Below are positions 9,835-19,388 of a stretch of 64,000 nucleotides of DNA, one piece after another. Each line of letters begins with the position of its first letter. The first letter of the stretch is position 1. Position numbers and translations under genes: made by a program. The notes below the pieces were generated by a model that worked only from the letters and a program-made list of their open reading frames with translations, was not told the DNA's origin and searched no databases. This DNA comes from Candidatus Krumholzibacteriota bacterium. GTDB taxonomy: Bacteria; Krumholzibacteriota; Krumholzibacteriia; JAJRXK01. The DNA lies in contig CAVSGG010000007.1 of NCBI GenBank assembly GCA_963727455.1, positions 96,001-160,000 on the forward strand. Direction: 5' to 3'.

Positions 9835-10731
9835 ATGGATCTGCGCATCGGCTTGGCCCAATGCAATCTCAAACTGGGCGATCTCGAGGCAAACATGGCA
9901 ATCCACGAAGAGTGGATCCGCCGCGCGCGCAAGGAGAGAGTGGACTTTTTGGTGTTTCCCGAGCTCTCCCTCACGGGGTACCTGCTGCAGGACATGGTGG
10001 GAGACCTCGCAATGGGTGTTGACGACCCTCACCTGAAAGGTCTTGCGCGTACGGCGCGGGACCTATCGCTCTGCGTGGGTGGCATCGAGGAATCGGAGGA
10101 ACACGCCCAGTACATCGCGTCCTTCTATCTGGAACAGGGCCAGGTGAAACACGTGCACCGCAAGGTCTATCTGGCGAGTTATGGAGTGTTCGACGAGGCG
10201 CGATTCGTCGGGGCTGGCTCCAGTGTGGTTGCCGCCCGCACCCGGCACGGCCGCATCGGCTTCTCCATTTGTGAAGACTCCTGGCATCCTTCGTTGGTGA
10301 CCACTCTGCTTCTCGACGGAGCGCAACTCGTGGTGGTTCAGACCGCCAGTCCGGTGCGCGACTTACGCGAAGGGGAGATGCCCCAGAACGCGCGAATCTG
10401 GGTGGACACTCTACGTACCTACGCCCGGCTTTACGGTTGCTACATCGCATTCTGCAATCGGGTGGGCAGCGAGGACGGTCTGGTGTTCTGGGGACGCAGT
10501 GTGCTTTTGGGTCCCGACGGTGAGGAAGTGGCGGCGGGTCCCCTCTACCAAGAGGAACTCGTCGTGGGCGAGGTGGACTTCGAGAGAGTGCGCCAGGCGC
10601 GACTGAGCAATCCCATTCTGCGGGACGAGAAGATCGAACTCACCCGGCGCGAGCTGGGTCGGATCGCGGCAGCGCGGAGCCTGACTGCCACTTCTAAGGA
10701 GGCGGCCGAAGAGCGGAGGGATGAAGAGTGA
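9835..10731 (+). CDS. Nitrilase-family carbon-nitrogen hydrolase, probable glutaminase partner of NadE
   Basis: Catalytic E-K-C triad motifs VFPEL, HRKVYL, ICEDSW; stop overlaps the nadE start. Confidence 0.85.
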   Translation: MDLRIGLAQCNLKLGDLEANMAIHEEWIRRARKERVDFLVFPELSLTGYLLQDMVGDLAMGVDDPHLKGLARTARDLSLCVGGIEESEEHAQYIASFYLEQGQVKHVHRKVYLASYGVFDEARFVGAGSSVVAARTRHGRIGFSICEDSWHPSLVTTLLLDGAQLVVVQTASPVRDLREGEMPQNARIWVDTLRTYARLYGCYIAFCNRVGSEDGLVFWGRSVLLGPDGEEVAAGPLYQEELVVGEVDFERVRQARLSNPILRDEKIELTRRELGRIAAARSLTATSKEAAEERRDEE

Positions 10732-11612
10732 CACGCCCTCCCGAGTCCTCCTCGAATCTCCCGCGAGACAGCCAGCGCAACGGCGATTCTTTGGGCGCGC
10801 TGGAACTCCAGTGGGACGCAGCGGTCGAAGTGCTCACCGCGGGACTGCGGCAAGAGGTTGAGCGCGCGGGGTTCTTCAAGGTGCTCCTCGGTCTCTCGGG
10901 AGGCATCGACTCCGCCCTGGTGGCGACGCTTGCGGCCCACACCTTCGGAGCGGATAAGGTCTTGGCTGTCCTGATGCCCTACGCCAGCAGTTCGCCATCG
11001 AGTCTGGAGCACGCGCGCTTGGTGGTGGATACCCTTGGCATCGAATCGCAGCTCGAAGAGATCACCCCGCAGGTCGACGCCTATTTCGCCAGCCACCCCG
11101 ACGCCGACCGCACACGACGGGGCAACAAAATGGCGCGTGAGCGCATGACCATCCTCTACGATCTGAGCCAGGTGCGGCACGCTCTGGTCCTGGGAACCTC
11201 CAACAAGACCGAGCTTCTGCTGGGTTACTCGACCATTTACGGTGACAGTGCCAGCGCGGTGAACGTCATCGGCGACCTCTACAAGAGTCAGGTCTTTGCG
11301 CTTTCCCGGCACCTACAAATCCCCGAGGTGATCGTGAACAAGGCGCCCAGCGCCGACCTCTGGCAGGGACAGACCGACGAGGACGAGTTGGGCATGAAGT
11401 ACGCGGAGGTGGATCGCCTGCTGCACGAGATGGTCGACCGGAGGCAGCGACGCGAGGGGCTATTGCGGGCGGGCTTTTCGCCCCAGCTCATCGACCGGGT
11501 GAGTTCGCTGATGAAGGCTTCACAGTACAAGCGCAAGCTGCCCGTGATCGTGAAGCTGAGCAATCGCACCGTGGACAAAGATTTTCTCTATCCGCGCGAC
11601 TGGATGGGGTAG
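10728..11612 (+). CDS. nadE: NAD+ synthetase (single-domain, NH3-type)
   Basis: LGLSGGIDSA, GNKMARERM, GTSNKTE, GDLYKSQV, KAPSADLW..QTDEDELG. Confidence 0.95.
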   Translation: MTRPPESSSNLPRDSQRNGDSLGALELQWDAAVEVLTAGLRQEVERAGFFKVLLGLSGGIDSALVATLAAHTFGADKVLAVLMPYASSSPSSLEHARLVVDTLGIESQLEEITPQVDAYFASHPDADRTRRGNKMARERMTILYDLSQVRHALVLGTSNKTELLLGYSTIYGDSASAVNVIGDLYKSQVFALSRHLQIPEVIVNKAPSADLWQGQTDEDELGMKYAEVDRLLHEMVDRRQRREGLLRAGFSPQLIDRVSSLMKASQYKRKLPVIVKLSNRTVDKDFLYPRDWMG

Positions 11613-11617
11613 GCGAC

Positions 11618-12286
11618 GTGTTGACCCTGGTGGCGACTCCGATAGGAAACCTCGAGGACCTTTCTCCCCGCGCCGAGAGGGTCCTGCGCGAAGCGGACCA
11701 GATCTACGCGGAAGACACCCGTCATACCGGCCGACTGCTCGCGCGCCTGCAGATCAAGACGAGGCTGCGCTCGTGCCACGATCATAACGAGGAGCAGAGG
11801 GCACGCGAGATCCTCGAGGGACTGCGGGCGGGCGAGAAGATCGCACTGGTGAGCGATGCCGGGACCCCGGGCATCGCCGATCCCGGTTTCAAAGTGGTGC
11901 GGGCGGCGCTGGCCGCCGAGCTCGAGGTCAGCATGATTCCCGGGCCGTCCAGTGTGATCATGGCCCTCGTGCTGAGCGGATTTCCCAGCGATCGCTTCGT
12001 TTTCGACGGCTGGCTGCCCCGACGCAGCGGCCGCCTCGTTCGCCAACTCGAGAGTTACGAGCGGGAGGAGCGAACCGTCGTCCTCTTGGAATCCAGCCAC
12101 CGTTTGCTCAAGAGTCTCCCGCAATTCGCGAAGATCCTCGGGGATCGTGAGCTGGCCGTTTGCCGGGAGATGACCAAACTCCACGAAGAAGTCCGGCGCG
12201 GCAGCGCGGCCGATCTCCTAGCTCACTTCGAAGAATACCCGCCGAAGGGGGAGCTTGTCCTGGTCTTGGCTCCCGCCTCTGCTTGA
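11618..12286 (+). CDS. rsmI: 16S rRNA (cytidine1402-2'-O)-methyltransferase
   Basis: VATPIGNLEDLSPRA, AEDTR, VSDAGTPGIADPG, REMTKLHEE. Confidence 0.95.
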   Translation: MLTLVATPIGNLEDLSPRAERVLREADQIYAEDTRHTGRLLARLQIKTRLRSCHDHNEEQRAREILEGLRAGEKIALVSDAGTPGIADPGFKVVRAALAAELEVSMIPGPSSVIMALVLSGFPSDRFVFDGWLPRRSGRLVRQLESYEREERTVVLLESSHRLLKSLPQFAKILGDRELAVCREMTKLHEEVRRGSAADLLAHFEEYPPKGELVLVLAPASA

Positions 12287-12317
12287 CAGCAACGGCGAGG
12301 AAGGGTTGACTGCCTCC

Positions 12318-12929
12318 GTGAGCAAGTTCGACATGCATCAGACCGTGCGCGGCTGGATTCAGCCCGTGGTCCGCGTTTTGGATGCGGCCGGTTTTTCACC
12401 CACCTTCCTGACTTTCGCCGGCCTCTTTTTGAATTTCGGTGCGGCCGCCATCGTTTACCGGGGCCACCTCTTCTGGGGTGGTCTGGCATTCCTTTTGGCC
12501 AGCGCCTTCGACATGCTGGATGGCTCCTTGGCGCGTCGCCAGAACCGTGCCTCTGAGCTCGGGGCCTTTCTCGATTCCACCTTCGATCGGCTCAGCGAGA
12601 CCGCGCTCTTTCTGGGCTTGCTGCACGACATGCGGATCCACACCTACACCCTGCCCTGGCTCACGGAGTTGACCCTGCTCGCCCTGGCCGGATCGCTCAT
12701 CACCAGTTATGCGCGCGCGCGGGCGGAGGGACTCGGCCGCGAGTGCAAGGTGGGCTGGTTGGAACGGCCCGAACGCATCCTCCTTTTGGGACTCGGTCTG
12801 ATCCTCGGCCGCACCGCGACAGGTTTCGTCGTCTTCGCGCTGGCTTTCCTCACCTGGATTACCGTCATCCAACGCATCGCCCACGTGTGGCGCCAGCTCA
12901 ACGGGCCGCCGGACGGAGAGTCGCCGTGA
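12318..12929 (+). CDS. CDP-alcohol phosphatidyltransferase (phosphatidylinositol-phosphate synthase-like)
   Basis: DMLDGSLAR..GAFLDSTFDRLSE motif and SYARARAEGLG..VGWLERPER. Start uncertain (12306/12318/12333). Confidence 0.85.
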   Translation: MSKFDMHQTVRGWIQPVVRVLDAAGFSPTFLTFAGLFLNFGAAAIVYRGHLFWGGLAFLLASAFDMLDGSLARRQNRASELGAFLDSTFDRLSETALFLGLLHDMRIHTYTLPWLTELTLLALAGSLITSYARARAEGLGRECKVGWLERPERILLLGLGLILGRTATGFVVFALAFLTWITVIQRIAHVWRQLNGPPDGESP

Positions 12930-13564
12930 GCAGGGGCCCCGGCGTTTTGGTGAGCTTCGAGGGGGTAGAGGGCTGCGGCAAGTCCACGCTATTGAACTCT
13001 CTGGCGGATCAGCTGAAAGCTCGGGGATACGAGTTGACGGTGAGCAGGGAGCCGGGGGGCACGGAGGCGGGCGAACGGATCCGGGACCTCGTCCTGGACA
13101 CGCGACACGCCCAACTGAGCGCTCTCAGCGAGCTTTTTCTCATGCTGGCGGCGCGCGCCCAGCTGGTCGAGGAGGTCCTGCGGCCCGCGCTCGCGCGCGG
13201 GAAAATCGTCCTTTGCGACCGCTATGGTGACGCCTCCTGCGCCTACCAGGGCAAGGGAAGGGGCTTGGGCATCGAGCGCGTCGAGGAGCTCAATCAACTG
13301 GCGACCGGGGGACTGGAGCCCGATCTCACCTTTTTGGTCGACCTGAGCCCGGCCGAGGGACGCGCGCGCATGGGCGATCGCCTACGGGACCGCATGGAAC
13401 GGGAAGAATCGGAGTTTCACGAGCGAGTCCGCGCAGGCTATTTGGAGCTGGCCGACCGCCACCCCGAGCGCTTCCGGGTCCTGGACGGCATGCTTTCCAA
13501 AGAGGCTCTGCAGGCGGAAGCGTGGACCCACTTGAAGGAAAAACTGCCCAAGCCGGGCGCTTGA
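12926..13564 (+). CDS. tmk: Thymidylate kinase
   Basis: FEGVEGCGKST, REPGGT, CDRYGDASCAYQG, PDLTFLVD. Confidence 0.95.
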   Translation: MSRGPGVLVSFEGVEGCGKSTLLNSLADQLKARGYELTVSREPGGTEAGERIRDLVLDTRHAQLSALSELFLMLAARAQLVEEVLRPALARGKIVLCDRYGDASCAYQGKGRGLGIERVEELNQLATGGLEPDLTFLVDLSPAEGRARMGDRLRDRMEREESEFHERVRAGYLELADRHPERFRVLDGMLSKEALQAEAWTHLKEKLPKPGA

Positions 13565-13566
13565 TC

Positions 13567-13619
13567 CCCCGAAGCTCCCCGCGCTTCCCCGAGGCTCCCC
13601 GGCGCGGACCCCGAAGCTT
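13567..13619 (+). repeat. Short degenerate direct repeats (CCCCGARGCT x3)
   Basis: CCCCGAAGCT, CCCCGAGGCT, CCCCGAAGCT between tmk and ctpA. Confidence 0.4.
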
Positions 13620-13743
13620 CTCGCGCGGAACACATATTGCTGTCATTCGTACAAGCTCTTAACGTGAGCTTGCCGCTTCCGCAGGCATATTCCTCCGTTT
13701 TCGCAGCGTTTTCCTCGGCGTATTCACCAGTCAGGGGACTTAC

Positions 13744-15489
13744 ATGAAGCTCAACCGCAGCAAACTCCTTCTCGTCGTATCGGTCGTCGCCGTGCTCTGC
13801 ACCGGGTTCGTGCTCGGAGCCGCGGCAGGACGGGGAAAGAGCGATCAGGGAGATCAGGATTCGCAGAAGAAAACGGTCACCCGAAGTCAGGAATACTACG
13901 ACAGCCTCGAACTCTTCGGCCGCGTCTACGAGCGCATCACCCGGAATTACGTGGACGAGCTGGATCCCCAGGACCTGATCAATTCGGCAATCGACGGCAT
14001 GCTCGACCAGCTGGACGCGCACAGCCAGCTTCTGACGCCCGAGTCCTACGACGATCTGATGACCAGCACGCAGGGAGAGTTCGGGGGGCTGGGAATCCAG
14101 ATCACCCTGAGAGACGGCTGGATCACCGTGGTCTCGCCAATCGAGGGAACGCCGGCCTATCTCATGGGAATCCAGGGCGGCGATCAGATCGTGGAGATCG
14201 AGGGCGAGAGCACAAAAGGCTGGAAGACCAACGATGCGGTGTCCAAACTGCGCGGTCCCAAAGGGACCGAAGTCACCATTGGCATCCGTCGCGCCGGCGA
14301 AGACGCGATTCGGCACTACACGATCACGCGCGACATCATAAAACTCGAGAGCATTCCCTATGTGTTCATGATCGACGATGAGCACAAAGTTGGTTACGTC
14401 CGCATCACGAACTTTGCCCGTACCACCGCCGACGAGTTGCGGACCGCGGTGGAGAATCTCGAGAAGCAGGGAATGCAGCGGCTCCTCATCGATTTACGTT
14501 TCAATCCGGGCGGACTCTTGACCGCGGCCAAGGACGTCAGTGGGTTCTTTCTGAAGCAGGGCGAGCTCATCGTCTACACCAAGGGTCGCTACATGCGGAA
14601 CAACCTCAGCTACTACGCCACGGACCAGGACGAGGTCGACTGGAGCAAGACCCCCCTCTTGCTGCTCGTCAATGGTTCCTCGGCCAGCGCCAGCGAGATC
14701 TTCTCCGGCGCCATGCAAGACCACGACGTGGGCCTCATCGCGGGGCAGACGACCTTCGGCAAGGGCTCGGTCCAGACCGTCTTCGATCTACCGCCCGACA
14801 AGGCGCTCAAGCTGACGACCGCGCGTTACTACACGCCCAGCGGTCGTTCCATCCACCGCAAACGGACGCGGGATGGCGAACTCGTGAAGACGCACGCCGA
14901 TTCCCTGGCGATGAAGGACAGTGCGGACAGCCTCTCGACCCAGAACGAGGAGGTCCCGCAGCATTCCGGCGAGGTCTACTTCACCGACATGGGCCGTCAG
15001 GTCTATGGCGGAGGAGGGATCACTCCGGACGTGGAGATCAAACCGACCATGCTCAGCGATGCCGAAGTGTGCCTCGAACGCGACGGGATCTTCTTCACAT
15101 TCGCCACCGAGTATGCCGTCGATCACAAGACTCTGCCGAAGGACTTCAAAGTGAGTTCCGCGCTACTGGACAAGTTCTACGAGATGGCCAGCCAGCGCGA
15201 GAACCTGAAGAAGTATCTGAAGGAGTTCGACCTGAGCTGGAACCGCAAGCTCATGGATGACAATCTCGAATACGTGAAGACGGGAATCGTGCGCGAGCTA
15301 CAGCGTCACTTCAACGGCTCGGAGGCGGCTTACCACGTGTCGATCAAGGACGATGGCCAGCTCTGGGAAGCGGTTCACATCCTGTCCCAAGCGAAGGACA
15401 AGCAGGACCTCTTCCGTCTGGCTGAAGAGTACAAGGCACGTAAGCTGGCCGAAGGCGAGAAGTCCGAGTCCACCGCCCAAGTCCACTGA
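13744..15489 (+). CDS. ctpA: S41 family carboxyl-terminal processing protease
   Basis: Signal peptide, PDZ domain (FGGLGIQI), DLRFNPGGLL, SASASEI, TFGKGSVQ, LTTARYYTPSGRSI. Confidence 0.93.
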   Translation: MKLNRSKLLLVVSVVAVLCTGFVLGAAAGRGKSDQGDQDSQKKTVTRSQEYYDSLELFGRVYERITRNYVDELDPQDLINSAIDGMLDQLDAHSQLLTPESYDDLMTSTQGEFGGLGIQITLRDGWITVVSPIEGTPAYLMGIQGGDQIVEIEGESTKGWKTNDAVSKLRGPKGTEVTIGIRRAGEDAIRHYTITRDIIKLESIPYVFMIDDEHKVGYVRITNFARTTADELRTAVENLEKQGMQRLLIDLRFNPGGLLTAAKDVSGFFLKQGELIVYTKGRYMRNNLSYYATDQDEVDWSKTPLLLLVNGSSASASEIFSGAMQDHDVGLIAGQTTFGKGSVQTVFDLPPDKALKLTTARYYTPSGRSIHRKRTRDGELVKTHADSLAMKDSADSLSTQNEEVPQHSGEVYFTDMGRQVYGGGGITPDVEIKPTMLSDAEVCLERDGIFFTFATEYAVDHKTLPKDFKVSSALLDKFYEMASQRENLKKYLKEFDLSWNRKLMDDNLEYVKTGIVRELQRHFNGSEAAYHVSIKDDGQLWEAVHILSQAKDKQDLFRLAEEYKARKLAEGEKSESTAQVH

Positions 15490-15522
15490 TTCCGCGGTGG
15501 ACTCAGACTCGGCCGAAGCGAA

Positions 15523-16314
15523 TCAGCGCTGGTTGAAGAGAGACTTCACGCGTCCCCAGGAAGAAGACTGCGTCGGCACCGGTGACGAGGCCAGGATCAA
15601 CACCACGAGGTCGTTGTAGTCATTGTCGGTGTACTCAGGCGCGAAGCTTGCGGACAGTGGAAGTCCCGAGTCCAGGTCCTCCCAAGCCAGAATGTAGGCC
15701 GGCTTTCCGTAGAGGTAGGAGACGTTGTAGATGAGGCACTGCGGGTCTCCGCCCTCGGGGCCGTGAACCGTGCCGCTTCCGTCCGGCCCCACGTCATTCA
15801 GAGTACGATCGGTGTAGAACTTCTCGGGCTGTGGAGCGCCCTGGGCATCCTGGTCACCATTGGGGTCCAGCCAGAAGCCGAACTGCGTGGGAGAACTGAA
15901 GGTGACGGTCTTCGAATTCCCCGGCCCCTCGTCGCCGGTGAAAATGACGCCGTCGTTGAAACCATCGATGTCCGGGTAGCCGATCTCGTACCAGCCCATG
16001 GTATTGAACCACTGGTAGCCTGCGAGTTCCGTGACGATCAGATTGGTGAAATCCGTATCCTGCCAGTAGGGCTTGGGACTCAAGTCCGCGTCTCCGGGCA
16101 GATATCCCTCGTACATCGTGAGTACGTCCACATCACCGGGGGAGTAGCTCGAGGGGAACTGAGTACTCAGGAAGCCGTCGATGACATCCTGGAGGGGGAC
16201 ACCATCCCAGGAAGTGCCCCAGCTCACATCGAAGACCGCCGCGGCCGGAGCGCTGAAGAGAGTCAAAAGAAGCAGCGAGAAAAGAAGAGCGAAGCCGCGA
16301 CTGCGGTGGTCCAT
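15523..16314 (-). CDS. Secreted acidic protein (DUF4114-like C-terminus) with a C-terminal xWGxxKxLF tail
   Basis: Signal peptide ending PAAA; LAWEDL...DNDYNDLVV; ends PVPTQSSSWGRVKSLFNQR; AAGGA RBS before ATG 16314. Confidence 0.75.
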   Translation of the reverse strand: MDHRSRGFALLFSLLLLTLFSAPAAAVFDVSWGTSWDGVPLQDVIDGFLSTQFPSSYSPGDVDVLTMYEGYLPGDADLSPKPYWQDTDFTNLIVTELAGYQWFNTMGWYEIGYPDIDGFNDGVIFTGDEGPGNSKTVTFSSPTQFGFWLDPNGDQDAQGAPQPEKFYTDRTLNDVGPDGSGTVHGPEGGDPQCLIYNVSYLYGKPAYILAWEDLDSGLPLSASFAPEYTDNDYNDLVVLILASSPVPTQSSSWGRVKSLFNQR

Positions 16315-16442
16315 GGACAGTTTCCTTTTCAGGAGACGAAACCAGTGCACTGGAGGCTGGATTCATCTCACGAGGAGCAACAGTTTCCGGCCGGGATCGA
16401 GGGGATCGCCCGCGGACGGAATGGTGTCAGGAATTTGACAAT

Positions 16443-16472
16443 ATTCTAGCATGGCTCGGTGGGAGGGGACAA
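16443..16472 (-). promoter_or_regulatory. Putative sigma70 promoter of the secreted protein gene
   Basis: Minus strand: TTGTCC-18 nt-TAGAAT with extended -10 TGn. Confidence 0.5.
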
Positions 16473-16642
16473 GTGGGCCGATCTCCCTATTCCTCCGAGG
16501 TCCTCAGGGCGCCCGCCCGCGAGGATGACAGGCTCGAAAATCTGGAGTAGCCTCGCGCAGGAACGGGCCGAGCCCGTTCTTGCGCGTCCTGGGGGCAAGT
16601 CCCCGCAACTTCCGCGCGCCCTCGCGCGTACAGAGGCGAATC

Positions 16643-17569
16643 GTGTCCTCTTTCGACCCCATCCTCCGCTGCGCCCGTCTCAGCCAGTCCTATGGCGAGA
16701 AGAAGGTGCTCCACGAACTCGAATTCGAGGTCGGAGGCGGAGCCGTGGGTCTTTTGGGCCCCAATGGTTCGGGTAAGACCACGCTGCTTCGTACCCTCTT
16801 GGGGCTTTTGCCCGTGCCCCCCGGGTGCGCTCAGGTTCTGGGAATCGATCCGGGGCTTTCGCCTTTGGCCCTGCGCCGCCGCATCGGGCTGGTTCCGGAG
16901 AGCGAGTGCCTGGTGCCGGGCATGAATGCGGTGGAGCTCACGGGCTACGCGGGGGAACTCACCGGGATGAGTTCCAAGGACGCCATGCAACGGGCGCACC
17001 AGGTGCTTTACTACGTTGGCCTCGGCGAGGCCCGGTACCGGGATTTGGAGACCTACAGCCAGGGCATGAAACAGCGGCTCAAGCTGGCACAGGCCCTCGT
17101 CCACGACCCCGACCTCGTGTTCTTGGACGAACCCACCAACGGAATGGATCCACCGGGGCGCGAGACCATGCTCGCTCTCATCCGCGAGATCAGTCACGCC
17201 AAAGGGGTTTCCGTCGTCCTGAGCAGCCACCTTCTGCCCGACGTGCAGGAGACCTGCGACAGCGTGTTGATTCTCAAGGATGGTCGGCTGCGCTCTCAGG
17301 AAGCGGTGAGCCACGACCCTCTGCACGAGCATCTTCTTTTCGAAGTGCGAGGACGAGGTGACCTCGCAGCCCTCGGCGAAGAACTGCGGGTGCGAGGTCA
17401 CGATTTCACCCCCATCCAGAACGGAATCCGCGTGCGCTTGAAGGAGGGGGTGGGTGGGCCCGAACCCATCTTGCAGACCGCTCTTTCGCTGCCCAATCCG
17501 GTGGAGATCCGGCATCTGATGCCGGCGGGGCGCACGGTGGAAGACTCATTTTTCGAGGCGATCGACTGA
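16643..17569 (+). CDS. ABC transporter ATP-binding protein (ABC-2/exporter type)
   Basis: GPNGSGKTT, YSQGMKQR, FLDEPTNGMDP, SSH. Confidence 0.92.
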   Translation: MSSFDPILRCARLSQSYGEKKVLHELEFEVGGGAVGLLGPNGSGKTTLLRTLLGLLPVPPGCAQVLGIDPGLSPLALRRRIGLVPESECLVPGMNAVELTGYAGELTGMSSKDAMQRAHQVLYYVGLGEARYRDLETYSQGMKQRLKLAQALVHDPDLVFLDEPTNGMDPPGRETMLALIREISHAKGVSVVLSSHLLPDVQETCDSVLILKDGRLRSQEAVSHDPLHEHLLFEVRGRGDLAALGEELRVRGHDFTPIQNGIRVRLKEGVGGPEPILQTALSLPNPVEIRHLMPAGRTVEDSFFEAID

Positions 17570-18426
17570 TGCCGATTTACGAACAGGGCTACACCCGGTG
17601 GGAGGGGGAGATTCAGGCGCGGCCCATGCGCTTCTGGCCAATCCTTCGCCGCGGATTCCTCGCCGAGCTCAAGCGGCGCCGGACGCTGATTCTCTTGTTC
17701 TTGGCCTGGGCGGCCGTTCTCATTCGCGGGGTCGTTCTTTACGGAGACCTGCGGGCGGGGAGCTTGTTGCAGTCCTCGGGGCTGCTCAAGACGGGACTCA
17801 GCTTTTTCTATTCGGCGCTGAAGGGTCAGTCGGTCTTCGTCATCCTCTTCGTTCTGCTCTCGGGGACCGATCTCGTTTCCAAGGACCGGCGCTTCCACGC
17901 TCTGCAGATCTATTTTTCGCGTCCCTTGACGCCCAACGATTACATCCTGGGAAAACTGGGAATCGTGAGTGCCTTCGTGTTCGCGGTGAGCTTCTTGCCG
18001 GTTCTCTTGCTGTGGATCTTCGCGGTCGCGGTGAGCGTGCAGCAGGGCTACTTCGCGACGGTGTGGAGCGCCCCCTTGCTGGCCCTGTTCTACTGCGGCC
18101 TGTGGGCGGCCCTGGCCGGCCTCATGGTCCTGATGCTCTCTTCCGTTGCCCAGCGAAGCGCGATCATCGCGGTGAGCTGGGTCCTGTTGTGGGGACTCTT
18201 GGTGGTGGATGGGGTCACGCGAATTCTCAAGATGCTCACGGGCTGGTCCCTCTGGAGCCTCGTGAACGTCGACGCGAATCTCAAGCAGGTGGGCGCGTGG
18301 ATCTTCGGCGCCGACCGTCCCCTGGGCTACCATCCTCTCCTCAGCGTCTTCGTGATCCTGGCGGTGGGTGCGATCTGCTATGTCATACTGCGCAAGCGGA
18401 TCCGTCCGGTGGAGGTCGTGCTGTGA
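17569..18426 (+). CDS. ABC-2 type permease
   Basis: About six hydrophobic helices; ALQIYFSRPLT..YILGK; translationally coupled to neighbours. Confidence 0.85.
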   Translation: MPIYEQGYTRWEGEIQARPMRFWPILRRGFLAELKRRRTLILLFLAWAAVLIRGVVLYGDLRAGSLLQSSGLLKTGLSFFYSALKGQSVFVILFVLLSGTDLVSKDRRFHALQIYFSRPLTPNDYILGKLGIVSAFVFAVSFLPVLLLWIFAVAVSVQQGYFATVWSAPLLALFYCGLWAALAGLMVLMLSSVAQRSAIIAVSWVLLWGLLVVDGVTRILKMLTGWSLWSLVNVDANLKQVGAWIFGADRPLGYHPLLSVFVILAVGAICYVILRKRIRPVEVVL

Positions 18427-19388
18427 TTCAGGCCCCGCCCACATCCCCGCCCGACACCTCCATGGTCGTGTTGAAAACACAGAACCTGTCCCGTTGGTAC
18501 GGTCAGGTCATCGGGGTCAACGATCTCACGGTGGACGTGAGCCCGGGAGTGACCGGACTCTTGGGACTCAACGGCGCGGGCAAGAGTACTCTCTTCAAAC
18601 TGATGGCCGGTCAACTGAAGCCGAGCGCGGGAGTGGTCCGCGTGTGCGGCCACGATCTCGCCCACTACCGCGGGCTCTACCGCTTGATCGGATTCTTGGC
18701 CGAGCCCGATGCGCTCTACGAATCGATGACCGGACGCGAAATGCTGGTCTATCTCACGCGCCTGCAGGGATTCACGAAGGACGAAGCGAACGACCGGACG
18801 CAGCGAGCGTTGCAGCGCACCCATCTGGTGGAGGCGGCGGACCGGCGCGTGAAGGGCTATTCCAAGGGCATGCGCCAGAAGATCAAACTCGCGCAGGCGC
18901 TTGCCCACGATCCGCAGATCCTCTTCCTGGACGAACCGTTCAACGGAATGGATCCGGTGAGTCGCAAGGAATCCATGGACCTCATCCGAGAGCTGGGAGC
19001 GGAGGGCAAGACGGTCATGGTCAGTAGCCACATCCTGCACGAGGTCGAGGCGATGACCTCGCGCATTCTGCTCATCCACCGCGGGCAGATTTTGGCGGAC
19101 GGTGACATCGGCGAAATTCGCGATGCGATCGAGCGGCACCCGCATCGCATCGAGGTGCACTGTGATTCGCCGCGGGCCCTGGCCTCCGAGTTCATCTCGC
19201 TGCAGGACGTGCAGGGGCTGCGCGTGAGTTCAGAGAACGCACTGCTTCTCGAGTCGGATCTGCCGCGCGAGGTCTACCGCTTGCTGCCCGAGTTCGCCTT
19301 GCGCCCCGAAATGGGGGTCCGTTCGTGGACTACCCTGGACGACAATCTCAAGAGCCTCTTCGAGTACTTGGTGGAGGACGGCAGGTGA
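18423..19388 (+). CDS. ABC transporter ATP-binding protein
   Basis: GLNGAGKST, YSKGMRQK, FLDEPFNGMDP, SSHILHE. Real start is inside the 17598..19388 ORF. Confidence 0.92.
   Translation: MIQAPPTSPPDTSMVVLKTQNLSRWYGQVIGVNDLTVDVSPGVTGLLGLNGAGKSTLFKLMAGQLKPSAGVVRVCGHDLAHYRGLYRLIGFLAEPDALYESMTGREMLVYLTRLQGFTKDEANDRTQRALQRTHLVEAADRRVKGYSKGMRQKIKLAQALAHDPQILFLDEPFNGMDPVSRKESMDLIRELGAEGKTVMVSSHILHEVEAMTSRILLIHRGQILADGDIGEIRDAIERHPHRIEVHCDSPRALASEFISLQDVQGLRVSSENALLLESDLPREVYRLLPEFALRPEMGVRSWTTLDDNLKSLFEYLVEDGR

Noticed and set aside
13567-13619. CRISPR-like repeat
   Set aside because: Units are only 10 bp with ~10-bp gaps, and there are no cas genes.
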